Source: Dehalococcoidia bacterium
GTDB taxonomy: Bacteria > Chloroflexota > Dehalococcoidia > UBA2979
Assembly: GCA_965219085.1 (NCBI GenBank)
Contig: OZ244720.1
Coordinates: 3,168,001-3,232,000 of the forward strand
Reading direction: 5' to 3'
Length of the DNA: 64,000 nt
How positions within the stretch are numbered: position 1 is the stretch's first letter; every line of letters starts with the position of its first letter. The notes under the pieces were generated by a model. It saw only the letters and a list, made by a program, of their open reading frames with translations, was not told the origin of the DNA and did not search any database. This document shows positions 41,128 to 51,135 of the stretch, piece after piece. Both the position numbers and the translations under genes were made by a program.

Positions 41128-42492
41128 ATGCAGGACGTCGCGCCGGGCGTGGCGGCCCTCGCGGGCATCACGCCCGCGGCGGCCGCGGCCTCGCCTGCGC
41201 GAGGGCGTCCGCGCTTCTTCTACGGCTACGCCATGCTCGGCTCGCTGATGGGCATCCACTGGTACATGAGCGCCGCGTTCGTGTACGGCTTCGGCGCGCT
41301 CTTCGTGCCCATTCTCGATACGTTCGGATGGAGCCGCGGGATCGGCTCGCTCGCGGCTTCGTTCCGGCAGCCCGTGGGCGGCGCGATGGGGCCACTCGTC
41401 GGGATGTTCGTCGACCGCTACGGGGCGCGGCCGGTCGTGATCTCGGGCGTGCTTATCACGTCGTTCGGGCTGGCGTCGCTGAGCTGGATACAGTCGCTGT
41501 GGATGCTCTTCGCGTCGTTCGGGATCATCTCGCTCGGCATGAGCGCGACGCTCGGCGTCGGCTTCAACTCGGCGATCGTGAACTGGTTCGTGCGCAATCG
41601 AGGGCGGGCACTCGGCATCGGCTACTCCGGCGCCATCCTGAGCGGGCCGTTCGTCGGCGTCGTCGTGTGGATGGAGTCGACCTACGGCTGGCGCGACACG
41701 GCGTTCATGACCGGGGTCGGGATGCTGCTGCTCGGCCTCCCGCTCTCGCTGATCGTGCGCACCCGCCCGTCCGACATCGGCCAGCTCCCCGACGGCGACG
41801 ACCCGTCCGACCCCGCGGCCGTCGAGGCGCAGCGGGTAGCCCAGTCCGGACCGCAGTCGAGCGCGGGCGAGGCATTGCGGGACCGCAACCTGTGGCTGCT
41901 CGGGCTCGTCTTCGGGCTGCTCTCGATGGGCGTCTCGGGGTTCATGCTGCACCAGATCCCGTACTTCGAAAGCCTGGGCTTCAGTCGCGCCGCGGCGGCG
42001 AGCACGCTGGCGTACTTCACCATCCTGAGCGTGGTCGGCCGCATCGGCACCGGCTTCGTCATGGACTGGATGGGGCGACGCGGCCTCGATCTGCGGCTCG
42101 TGCCTGCGGGACTGCTCGCGATCCAGGCAGTCGCGCTGTTTTATGTAGCGCACGTCCAGACCTACTGGCAGATGATCCCGTTCACGCTGCTGTTGGGCAT
42201 CTCATTCGGTGGCGGCATTCCGGCGAGGCCGATCCTGATCACACGCGTCTTCGGCCTGCGCCAGTACGGCACGATCCAGGGGACGCTCAATTTCCTCGTG
42301 ATCCCGTTCTCGGTCGTCTCGCCCATGCTGCTCGGGCTGTTCTACGACTGGCGCGGCAACTACTACGCCGCGGTGATGCTGCTGGCCGTGCTCACGACGG
42401 CCGGCATCGCCTCGGCGTTCCTGCTGCGGCTCCCGCCCGCGCCGGGTGAAGCGAGCGAGGCAACGGAGGACGGCGCGCCGAGCGCTGCCTGA
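41128..42492 (+). CDS. MFS transporter
   Basis: About 12 hydrophobic segments, VDRYGAR motif A, NWFVRNRGRA; start uncertain. Confidence 0.88.
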   Translation: MQDVAPGVAALAGITPAAAAASPARGRPRFFYGYAMLGSLMGIHWYMSAAFVYGFGALFVPILDTFGWSRGIGSLAASFRQPVGGAMGPLVGMFVDRYGARPVVISGVLITSFGLASLSWIQSLWMLFASFGIISLGMSATLGVGFNSAIVNWFVRNRGRALGIGYSGAILSGPFVGVVVWMESTYGWRDTAFMTGVGMLLLGLPLSLIVRTRPSDIGQLPDGDDPSDPAAVEAQRVAQSGPQSSAGEALRDRNLWLLGLVFGLLSMGVSGFMLHQIPYFESLGFSRAAAASTLAYFTILSVVGRIGTGFVMDWMGRRGLDLRLVPAGLLAIQAVALFYVAHVQTYWQMIPFTLLLGISFGGGIPARPILITRVFGLRQYGTIQGTLNFLVIPFSVVSPMLLGLFYDWRGNYYAAVMLLAVLTTAGIASAFLLRLPPAPGEASEATEDGAPSAA

Positions 42493-42516
42493 GCGCGGCA
42501 CGCCATCCCGTGGCGG

Positions 42517-44228
42517 CTACCGGCGCCACTCCGCGATGTTCCACAGCTCGCTGTCCCACGCGTTGATGCGCACGCCTTGCAGCGTGTCGAGGTGGGCCGA
42601 CACGAATCCTCGAAGGACCAGCGGGATCTCGGCGTAACCCTGCACGAGCAGGTCGTTGAGCTGGCGGATGAGTGTCGCTCGCTGGCCTTCGTCCGTGGTC
42701 TGCGTGAGCGCCTCGAAGACCCGGTCGTACGCCGGGTCGCACCAGCGCGGGATGTTGCCGTCGGCCCAGTTGTTGTCGCGCGTTGCGATGTGGCCGCAGC
42801 GCAGGCCGGACAGGTACTCCTGCGGGTCGATACCCGGCCCGGTGGTGTACATCTGCACGTCCGCGAAGAACCGCCGGTAGGTCGACTCCGCGTCGGTGAC
42901 GAGGTCGCCGCCGAAGAACAGGCTCGCGTCGTGGTGCATGAGTTCCGCCTCGATGCCGATCTCCGCCCACCAGTCGCGCACGAGCGCCTGTGTGTCCTGG
43001 CGGATCGCGTTCGTCGAGGTCTGATAGGTGATACGCAGCGGGACGCCATCGTACTCGCGCACACCGTCACCGTCGGCGTCGACGACGCCGCGCTCGTCGA
43101 GGAGCCGGTTGGCGCCCTCGATGTCCTGGGCGAGGCACGCGTCGTTCGCCGTCGAGGCGTAGCGCTGTGGGCCTGGTACCAGGTTGCACGCCGGCGAGGC
43201 CGCGAACCCGTAGAGCTCGCTGGCGATGCGCCCGCGGTCGATGGCCATCGACATCGCCTGCGTGATCGGCGCGAACGTCAGGAACGGGTGCGGGTTCGCG
43301 CCGCCGAGGTACTCCGAGCGGTCGTCACCGAGCACTGGGTCGGGATTCGTGTGGTTGATGACGATGCGCTCGGTGTCACCCGCGAACGCCGCCACGACGG
43401 TGCCGAGGCCCGCTGCCTCCATCGCCGCGAGGGTCTCCGGTGGGACCTGCAGGTTCCAGGCGTAATCCGCCGCGCCTACCTCCAACACGGCGGCCGCAGC
43501 CGCTTCGGCCGTACCGCCCCCGACGATCTCGACGCGGTCGAAGTACGGCGTCTCGCCCCGGTACGGGTTGCGCTCGTACGACGCGCCCTCGTTGTGGGTG
43601 AAGCCGACGATGCGGTACGGGCCGGTACCGAGCGGCGCCATGTTCTGCGCATCGCACGTCGTGGCTGCCGCGCCGCCGCAGTCCGCGAACTGCGCGCCGC
43701 TGATGATCGGCGTTCCCGCACCCACGAACGCGTTGTACGGATACGGCGTCGGCGCGTCGAAGGTGATGCGGACCGTGTGCGCGTCGACGGCCTCGACGGA
43801 GGCGATGCCGGAGAACGCGTCGCCGACGGTGCAGCCGGTCGCCTCGTCGACGCAGTAGCGCCACGTGAAGACGACGTCGTCGGCCGTCACGTCACTGCCA
43901 TCGGACCACTGGAGGCCCTCGCGCAGCGTCCACGTGATCGAGGTCAGATCCGCGGCCACACCACCATTTGCGACGGTCGGGACCTCGACGGCGAGTCTCG
44001 CGACGAGCTCGCCCTCCGGGCTGTAGCCCGCGAGCGGTTCGAGGGTGACGGCAGCGGCGTCGAGGTCCTTGTATCCGCCGGAGAGGTACGCGCTAGGATG
44101 GATGGCGCCTGCCAGTAGAGGATGGTCAGCACCCGCTCCGGCTCGGCGGGCGGTGCCTCGGCGTCTTCGCAGGCGGCCAGCAGCACGAGGAAGGCGCGGG
44201 CGAACGGGAGTCCGAGGGTCGTACGCAA
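42517..44228 (-). CDS. Peptide ABC transporter substrate-binding lipoprotein (family 5); frameshift near 44095, no adjacent permeases
   Basis: LLAAC lipobox, LYWQAPS, LREGLQWSDG, GTGPYRI, WNIAEW; start tentative. Confidence 0.8.
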
Positions 44229-44409
44229 GGAGGCTCCTGCGGAGGCGTCGGGCAACGTCGGCGCGTCGTATGTGACGGGCGTGATGATAGCGCCACTTGC
44301 GGTCGCGTCGAACGTAGTAGGCGGCGCGACTCGCGCAGGCGGGCGACCCCTTCTACGATTGCCCGGCCGGCGCCGCAGGGGCGCTGCTGGAGTACAAGGA
44401 GATCGCCTC

Positions 44410-44844
44410 ATGCCCACACCCGACGAAGTCCGCGCCGAACTCGCCACCGCCCGCAACGAGCTGGCCGCGGCCCTGAGCGCGGCCTCGGCCGACACCTGGG
44501 AGCGCAAGCCGGAAAGCGGCGACGGCGAGGACGCCTGGTCCGCGCGCGAGGCCGCGCAGCACGTCGTCGGCGCGGAGCTCTACTACACCAACGCCGTCTG
44601 CGAGGCGTGCGGCTACGACGGCCCCGAGAGCCCGTTCGCGGGCGGCCTCGAGCTTGCGAGCCCCGCGGAGGCGGGCGCAGCGCTGGCGCAAGCCATCGCC
44701 GCCGCCGACTCGAAGATCCAGCACGTCAGCGCGGGTGACCTCGAGCGATCGCACGAGGGGATGGGTCCGCTGCCGGACGTGTTCGAGTCGTGGAGCGGGC
44801 ACCTGCGCGACCACGCCGCACAGATCACCGCCGCGGGCGGGTAG
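44410..44844 (+). CDS. DinB-like family protein
   Basis: WSAREAAQHVVGAE ... HLRDHAAQI. Confidence 0.75.
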   Translation: MPTPDEVRAELATARNELAAALSAASADTWERKPESGDGEDAWSAREAAQHVVGAELYYTNAVCEACGYDGPESPFAGGLELASPAEAGAALAQAIAAADSKIQHVSAGDLERSHEGMGPLPDVFESWSGHLRDHAAQITAAGG

Positions 44845-44888
44845 CGAGCCGCCGGGCTACGGGCTGGCGAGGGGCGCGGATGAGCCGC

Positions 44889-44915
44889 ACCATCCACCTC
44901 GCCAACCCGTACGGG
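44889..44915 (+). repeat. 27-bp direct repeat of the 5' end of the deoxyribosyltransferase gene (second copy 45641-45667)
   Basis: ACCATC(C/T)ACCTCGCCAACCCGTACGGG, 26/27 identical; preceded by its own ATG at 44880. Confidence 0.85.
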
Positions 44916-44925
44916 GTGCGGTCGC

Positions 44926-45546
44926 TCAGGCCTGGCGTGCGCGTCGGCGGAAGGCACCCAAGGCGAGTCCTGCGAGGACGATGGTTACTGCTGCCACAAG
45001 GCCGATAGCCTGGCTATCCGTCGCTGATTGCCCCGACGCCATCCCGCTCCCTGTCTCGGGCGGGCTGGGAAGTGGTGACGCTACCGCCGGTTCCGGGTCT
45101 TCCGTCTCCGGTGCAGCCGCTGCTTGCCCGGGGATCTGCCCCTCCCCAAGGATCGCCAGGTCTTCCTGCGCGTACTCCAGGGGCAGGGTTCCGTTACAGA
45201 GCCAAACGCCGAGGAGGTCGCCGCCACCATTGGCGTAGACGAGGTACGCCCGTCCTGCTTCGAACGGGTACCCACAGTCCCCAGCACCCAGCGACGATGT
45301 CGTGAGGACGAGCGTCTCGGCGACAGGACCTTTCCATACACGAGCGACATCGAACGTCAGGACCACCGGGAATTCACCGTCTATCGAGACCAACTCACCG
45401 GAGAAGACTGCGGCGGACTGCTCCAGCGACACAAGGGGTGAATCGGGAGGCGCGCAGCTACACGCCATGGCCCGCTCGGTGCGCATGGCGGGTAAGAGCC
45501 CGAGGACCAGGGCGATGGCGGCGAGCCGTAAGACGCGGGAACGCAT
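44926..45546 (-). CDS. Exported TIMP/NTR-like (CSC motif) protein with a C-terminal membrane anchor
   Basis: Signal peptide ending AMA-CSC, AVFSG, VWKG, DCGYPF, YLVYA; PPETG, TM helix and RRRAR tail. Confidence 0.7.
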   Translation of the reverse strand: MRSRVLRLAAIALVLGLLPAMRTERAMACSCAPPDSPLVSLEQSAAVFSGELVSIDGEFPVVLTFDVARVWKGPVAETLVLTTSSLGAGDCGYPFEAGRAYLVYANGGGDLLGVWLCNGTLPLEYAQEDLAILGEGQIPGQAAAAPETEDPEPAVASPLPSPPETGSGMASGQSATDSQAIGLVAAVTIVLAGLALGAFRRRARQA

Positions 45547-45613
45547 GCGACTCAGTGTAGCTGTGTGAGACGGGGTTGGCTGAAGAGCGCGCGCGGCTAT
45601 ACTGACGCCCGCC

Positions 45614-46096
45614 ATGCCGAGCGCTCAGCAGCACCCGAAAACCATCTACCTCGCCAACCCGTACGGGTTCTCCGCCCAGCAGAAGGCCACGCTCCTCCCA
45701 CCTATCGTCGAGGCCCTCGAGTCGCTCGGGCTAGAGGTGTGGGAGCCATTCGCGCGCAATAACCAGGTCGACTTCCTCGAGCCGGGCTGGGCGTACCGCA
45801 TCGGCCAGGCGGACCTCCGCGACGTGGAGGAGTGCGACGCCATCTTCGCCGTCGTCAACGGCGTCCCGCCCGACGAGGGCGTGATGGTCGAGCTCGGCGT
45901 GGCGATCGCGCTGCGCAAGCCGACGTTCCTGTTCCGCGACGACCACCGACGCGCCACCGAGAGCGAGGAGTACCCGCTCAACCTGATGCTCTTCACCGGC
46001 CTGCCCGCCGACGCGTGGCGCGACTCGTTCTACACCTCGGTCGAGGAGATCACGGCGCCGGACAAGGCGCTGGCGCGCTGGGCGCGGGAGACGTAG
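45614..46096 (+). CDS. Nucleoside 2-deoxyribosyltransferase family protein
   Basis: IYLANPYGF, DEGVMVELG, NLML. Confidence 0.88.
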   Translation: MPSAQQHPKTIYLANPYGFSAQQKATLLPPIVEALESLGLEVWEPFARNNQVDFLEPGWAYRIGQADLRDVEECDAIFAVVNGVPPDEGVMVELGVAIALRKPTFLFRDDHRRATESEEYPLNLMLFTGLPADAWRDSFYTSVEEITAPDKALARWARET

Positions 46097-46103
46097 CCGC
46101 GGT

Positions 46104-47324
46104 CTAGCCGATCACGCCGTCGGCGCAGAGCCGCTCGTACTCCTCCTCGGGGACGCCGAGGAGGTCACAGAACACGTCGCGGTTGTGCTGGCCGAGCATC
46201 GGCGCGGGGCCGTAGGCGAGCTCGGGCATGGCGCTGAAGCTGCCGGGCATGCCCGCAACCTCACGAGGTCCGACCTCGGGGTGGTCGATCGGCGTGAGGT
46301 AGCCGCGCTCGCGCAGCGTGCCGTCGTTCGCGAGGTCGCGAGGGCCCCACGCCGGCGCGGCGGGGATGCCGCGCGCCTGGAGCAGGCGGGCGAGGTCGTG
46401 TGCGTCGTGGCCGCGCGTCCACGCGGTGATGCCTTCGTCGATGTCGTCGTGGCGCTCGCGCCGGCCGCGCGCCGTGGCGAGACCTGCGTCGAGCGCCCAT
46501 TCCGGGCGTCCCATCGCGTCGACGAGAGCACTCCACTGCTCATCCGTCTCGGTGGAGATGGCGATCCACGCGTCGTCGCCGGCGGTGCGGTAGACGCCCT
46601 GGGGGGCGAAGACGGGGTGGCGGTTGCCGTCACGCGTCCCGACGCGCCCGTTGAACTCGTGGTCGAACAGCGGCTCGGGCGTCATCGCCACGACCGTCTC
46701 GGCCATCGAGAGGTCGATGTGCTGGCCCTGCCCCGTGCGTTCGCGCTCGTGCAGGGCGACGAGGATGGAGAACACCATCTGCAAGCTGATCATGAAGTCG
46801 GGGTACGCGCCGCCGTAGGCGGCGGGCGGGCCGCCCGGGTATCCCGTGATCCACGGCAGGCCCGTGTAGGCCAGGGTCGTCGGGCCCCAGCCGGTGGCGG
46901 CGGCCTCCGGACCCGTGAGGCCGACGGGCGACCCGGAGAGCATGATCAGGTTCGGCCGCACCTTGCACAGCTCCTCGTAGCCAAGGCCGAGGCGGTCGAT
47001 GACGCCGGTCGAGAAGTTCTCGGTGACGATGTCGCTCTGCTCGACGAGCTGCAGCGCGAGGTCCTTCCCCTCGGGTTTCGCGAGGTTCAGTGTGACGCCG
47101 CGCTTGCTGTAGTTGAGGCCGTTGAAGGCGCCCGAGCGGTTGAGGCCCGCGACGCCGCCGACGCCGCGGTTCATGCCCTGCACGCGGAGCAGGTCGAGCC
47201 GCACCTCGGTCTCGACGCGGATCACGTCGGCCCCGAGCGTGCCGAGGTACGCGGTGGCGTGGGGCACCGAGAGGATCCAGCCGAAGTCGGTGACGCGGAT
47301 GCCGTCGAGTGGCTTGTTCTGCAT
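46104..47324 (-). CDS. Family III CoA-transferase
   Basis: PLDGIRVTDF, LGADVIRVE, APMLGQHN. Confidence 0.9.
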   Translation of the reverse strand: MQNKPLDGIRVTDFGWILSVPHATAYLGTLGADVIRVETEVRLDLLRVQGMNRGVGGVAGLNRSGAFNGLNYSKRGVTLNLAKPEGKDLALQLVEQSDIVTENFSTGVIDRLGLGYEELCKVRPNLIMLSGSPVGLTGPEAAATGWGPTTLAYTGLPWITGYPGGPPAAYGGAYPDFMISLQMVFSILVALHERERTGQGQHIDLSMAETVVAMTPEPLFDHEFNGRVGTRDGNRHPVFAPQGVYRTAGDDAWIAISTETDEQWSALVDAMGRPEWALDAGLATARGRRERHDDIDEGITAWTRGHDAHDLARLLQARGIPAAPAWGPRDLANDGTLRERGYLTPIDHPEVGPREVAGMPGSFSAMPELAYGPAPMLGQHNRDVFCDLLGVPEEEYERLCADGVIG

Positions 47325-47338
47325 GGTCCGCCTCCGGC

Positions 47339-48556
47339 CTACCCCTGGATCGCGCCGTCGCGGAAGAGCGCGAGGATCGCGTCGCGGTCGTAACCGATTT
47401 CCGACAGGACTTCCTCGGTGTGCTCGCCGAGCCGAGGCGCTGGGCGGTCGATCGCCCACCGCGACCCGGTTTGCTGCACGGGCGCGCCGGGCTGCACGTA
47501 TCGGCCCGCCTCGGGGTGCTCGACCTCGACGAAGAAGCCACGCGCCTGTAGCTGCGGCGAGGCGCGCATCTCGCTCGCCGAGTAGACGGGGAAGCACGGC
47601 ACCTTGTTCTCGATCGACATCCAGTAGAGCTCGTCGCGGGTGTGGTTCCGCGCCCACGCGCTGACGTGCGGCTCGATGTCGTTGACGTGCTCGGTGCGAC
47701 CCAGGCCGGTCAGGTACACCTCGTCGCGCGCCCACTCGGGGTCGCCCATCATGCGGCGCAGCGACAGCCACCAGTGATCGAGGCCGTACGGCGCGAAGAA
47801 GATGTGGCCGTCCTTGCACTCCAGCACCTGCCCGAACGCCGCCTTTTCGCGTCCGACCATGAGGTCGGGGTTGTACGCGAGCGTGTTCCACGTCATCCGC
47901 ACGTGGTTCGTGTTCGCCTCGACGCCGGACACGTCGACGAGTTGGCCGCTGCCGTACACGCGGCGATAGGTGATGGCGACCATCGTGTCGGCCGCGGCGG
48001 TGATACCGCTGAGGTAGTCCGCCTGCGGGTTGCCGGGGCTGAGCGGTGGCTCGTGCTCTGGGTCGGTCACGAACCCCGAGGGCGTCTCGCGGCCCATGCC
48101 GCTCATCTGGTAGACGGTGTGCGCGTTCCCCACCCAGTCCCGGTACGGCCCGGTGAAGCCGTACGGCGTCACGACCGTGACGACGAGCCGCTCGTTCGCC
48201 GCGAGGAGCGCGTCGACGTCGATGCCGAGCGCTTCGAGTTGCGTGCGCGGCCGGTCGAGGATGAGCACGTCGGCGTCGGCTGCGAGCCGCGTGAGCGCCT
48301 CGACGCCGCCGGTGTGCGTGAGGTCGAGCGTGATGCCGCGCTTGTTGCTGTTGAGGTAGAGGAACTGACCGCTGCGCTCGAGGTGCGGACGGTCGTCGGC
48401 GAAGGGGCCGAAGCGCCGCGAGGAATCACCGCCGGGGGGCTCGACCTTGATCACGTCGGCGCCGAGGTCAGCGAGCAGCTTGCCGCAGTAGGGTCCGGCG
48501 ACGCCGTCGGCGCACTCGATCACGCGGAGGTCGGAGAGCGTCGGAGAGCTGGCCAC
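47339..48556 (-). CDS. Family III CoA-transferase
   Basis: GPYCGKLLADLGADVIKVEPP, LNSNKRG, APRLGEHT. Confidence 0.92.
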   Translation of the reverse strand: MASSPTLSDLRVIECADGVAGPYCGKLLADLGADVIKVEPPGGDSSRRFGPFADDRPHLERSGQFLYLNSNKRGITLDLTHTGGVEALTRLAADADVLILDRPRTQLEALGIDVDALLAANERLVVTVVTPYGFTGPYRDWVGNAHTVYQMSGMGRETPSGFVTDPEHEPPLSPGNPQADYLSGITAAADTMVAITYRRVYGSGQLVDVSGVEANTNHVRMTWNTLAYNPDLMVGREKAAFGQVLECKDGHIFFAPYGLDHWWLSLRRMMGDPEWARDEVYLTGLGRTEHVNDIEPHVSAWARNHTRDELYWMSIENKVPCFPVYSASEMRASPQLQARGFFVEVEHPEAGRYVQPGAPVQQTGSRWAIDRPAPRLGEHTEEVLSEIGYDRDAILALFRDGAIQG

Positions 48557-48619
48557 GGCGCCTGCCTTGCTGCCGCTGAGCGGCGCCGTCAGCCTACGCG
48601 TGCAGCGGCGAGGCTTACA

Positions 48620-48915
48620 AGCCGGGGCCTGGCCCGTACCGGGAGATGCCTCTGGAGCGGCGCTGGAACGCCGTGGTCGAGCAGGATCCTCACGAGCCCA
48701 TCGCGTGCGACAGGGCGTTCACTTCGTGATTGAGGACGGCGTCCACATCCGCGCGCTCGACGCCCGGGAACCACTCGACGAACTCGTCAACCGTAGCGCC
48801 GGGCCGGAGGTTCTCGAACAATGCGTAGACGGGCACGCGCGTGCCTCGAAACACCCTTGCCGCTGACCTTGCCCGGATGACGGTCGACTGCCGGGCACGT
48901 CTCCCGGTTCGTCAT
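48620..48915 (-). pseudogene. DUF433 antitoxin (frameshifted) plus truncated DUF5615 PIN-like toxin
   Basis: VDRHPGKVSG..TRVPVYALFENL..GATVDEFVEWFP; overlapping VRILLDHGVPAPLQRHL. Confidence 0.75.
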
Positions 48916-48965
48916 GCCGTCACCTCGACTCTGGGCACGCTCGCCTCGATCGATCCAGGCGTACC

Positions 48966-50246
48966 TCAGACCGCGAGCGCGCCCGTTGCGCGCAGCTCCG
49001 CGAGCTCCTCGGCGGTGACGCCGATGTCGGTCAGCACCTCGTCGGCGTGGACGCCGAACGCCGGGGCGGCGCGCTCCGCGCCCGTCGGGCTGTACCGCAT
49101 CTTCACGATCGGGCCGACCATCCGCTCCGGCCCGGACACCTCGTGCTCGACGTCGACCAGGAAGTCCATCGCCTCGACCTGCGGGTCGTGCGTGAGGTCC
49201 TCGGGGATCTGGACCTTCGAGACCGGTGCGCCCTCCTTGTCGAACAGCTCGATCCACTCGTCCATGGTCCTGGTGAGCATGATCGAGCGGATGCGATCGC
49301 CGAGCTCCTCGATGATCGGGTCGTATGCCGGATCGAGCGCGTTGAAGTCAGGGCTCGCGCTGGGGTCGTCCTCGATGCCGATGGCCCGGCGCATTTGTTC
49401 GCGGTTAGCAGGCGTGAGGGAACCGAGGATCAGCGCGCCGTCCTTGACGCGGTACCCGGTGTAGTACAGCCGGAACGCCTTCCCGGTCGCGTTCGTGCTC
49501 TTGCGCACGTTGATGACCTCTTCGTAGGTCCCGCCGCGCTCGCGGACAGAAGCGATCTCGTCCATAACTGGGCGCTTCAGCAGCTCGTCGGAAACCGGCA
49601 GTTCGCTGATGTGCCCGCCCTGCAGCACGAGCGCCGACTGCAGCAGCGAAGTCTGGATGAACTCGCCCTTGCCCGTGATCGAGCGTCGGTACAGCGCGGC
49701 GCAGACACCCATCGCCGCCCCGAGCGCGGTCGCGAAGTCGGCGACGGCGCTGCAGGAGATGGACTGCGGCGCGCCATACTCGTCGATCTTGCCCTCGCCG
49801 GCCATGAGGCCCGAGTACGCCTGCGCGACGATGTCGGAGCCGGAGCGCCGCGCGCTCGGCCCGGAGGAGCCGTAGCCGGTGCTCTCGACGTAGATGAGGT
49901 CCTCACGGAACTGCTTCAACGTCTCGTAGTCGAGCCGCAGCCGGTCGGTCACGCCCGCGCGGGCGTTCACGAGGAACACGTCGAATTGCGGGATCATGCG
50001 GTGCACGAGTTCCTGGGCCTCGGGCTGCTTGAGGTCCAGCGCGATGCTGCGCTTGCCGCGGTTGAGGACGTGGAAGCCTTTGCTCTCCATTGGCGCGAAC
50101 GCGCCGATGACGCGCGTGCCGTCGCCCTGGGGCGGTTCGATCTTGACGACGTCGGCGCCGAGGTCGGCGAGGTTCACCCCCGCGAACGGCCCGGCCACGA
50201 TCTGCGTCAGTTCCAGCACCCGTACCCCGTCGAGCGGTCCCGGCAT
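48966..50246 (-). CDS. Family III CoA-transferase
   Basis: GPLDGVRVLEL, LNRGKRS, VADFATA. Confidence 0.92.
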   Translation of the reverse strand: MPGPLDGVRVLELTQIVAGPFAGVNLADLGADVVKIEPPQGDGTRVIGAFAPMESKGFHVLNRGKRSIALDLKQPEAQELVHRMIPQFDVFLVNARAGVTDRLRLDYETLKQFREDLIYVESTGYGSSGPSARRSGSDIVAQAYSGLMAGEGKIDEYGAPQSISCSAVADFATALGAAMGVCAALYRRSITGKGEFIQTSLLQSALVLQGGHISELPVSDELLKRPVMDEIASVRERGGTYEEVINVRKSTNATGKAFRLYYTGYRVKDGALILGSLTPANREQMRRAIGIEDDPSASPDFNALDPAYDPIIEELGDRIRSIMLTRTMDEWIELFDKEGAPVSKVQIPEDLTHDPQVEAMDFLVDVEHEVSGPERMVGPIVKMRYSPTGAERAAPAFGVHADEVLTDIGVTAEELAELRATGALAV

Positions 50247-50344
50247 TGTTTGTCCCCTCCCCCTGACGCGCCGTGCGCGGCGCGCGTGACGGGGATGCTA
50301 CCGGAACACGGCGGGATGGTGCAGGCAGGGGCGGGGGTCGCGCG

Positions 50345-50738
50345 CTACACGGACTCGATCGCGAGATCGGCGAGGCGCTCGAAGTGTCGCCGGTTGTTGG
50401 TGAGCAGGGTCAAACCGTGCCGGAGTGCGGTCGCGCCGATCAGGATGTCGAGGTCCCCGATGAGGGTACCTTCAGCCCGCAGTCGGTTGCGCTCCCGCCC
50501 GAAGATCCGGACACGTAGGCTCGTCGAGATCGACGATGGTCACACCCAGTACGAAGTCGCGCAGTCGCTGTTCGTCATCCTGCGGATTTCTCGTAGTGAC
50601 GAGTCCTTCGTGGAGTTCGGCGAGCGATATGATACTCAATCCTATGTCATCTGAGGCAAGTTCATTGATCCGGCGGACCGTCGGCCCGTACCCGTGCAGA
50701 TAGTCGATGACCCAGTCTGAGTCCAGCAGATACTGCAC
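50345..50738 (-). pseudogene. vapC: VapC PIN toxin with a 1-bp frameshift near 50510
   Basis: YLLDSDWVI...SIISLAEL... then IGDLDILIGATALRHGLTLLTNNRRHFER in another frame; span is 394 bp. Confidence 0.82.
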
Positions 50739-50742
50739 GCAG

Positions 50743-51042
50743 TTACAGGTTTGGCGGTTCACGCGAGCCGGTGATGCGGGCTTCATAGATCATTCGCTTG
50801 AGCTCCTCGGGATCGGAGTTACCCTTCCATCTCCCCGCCGCGGCTCGGAACGCCTCGGTTACTCGCCCGCGCGAGGCGCCTTCCTCGACTGCGCTCGCGG
50901 GGGCTGACTCTCCTTCCCCCTCGGTCGCATGCACCTGCTCTTCCACGAACACGTCCACCTGGGCGCCTTCTTCGAAGCCCAGCGGCTCCTCCGGCTCGAG
51001 GACGCCGTGCTTGTAGCGGGCCTTGATGCGCCTGAGCACCAT
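50743..51042 (-). CDS. DUF104-family antitoxin
   Basis: IKARYKHGVLEPEEPLGFEEG; lies directly upstream of vapC. Confidence 0.8.
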   Translation of the reverse strand: MVLRRIKARYKHGVLEPEEPLGFEEGAQVDVFVEEQVHATEGEGESAPASAVEEGASRGRVTEAFRAAAGRWKGNSDPEELKRMIYEARITGSREPPNL

Positions 51043-51135
51043 GATTCGCCTCCGTGGCTGGGGCCCATCATCGCACACGAAGGACGCGCAACCGCGGGGC
51101 AAACGTCGAATCCGGAAGTTGATGGGCGCTCGACG

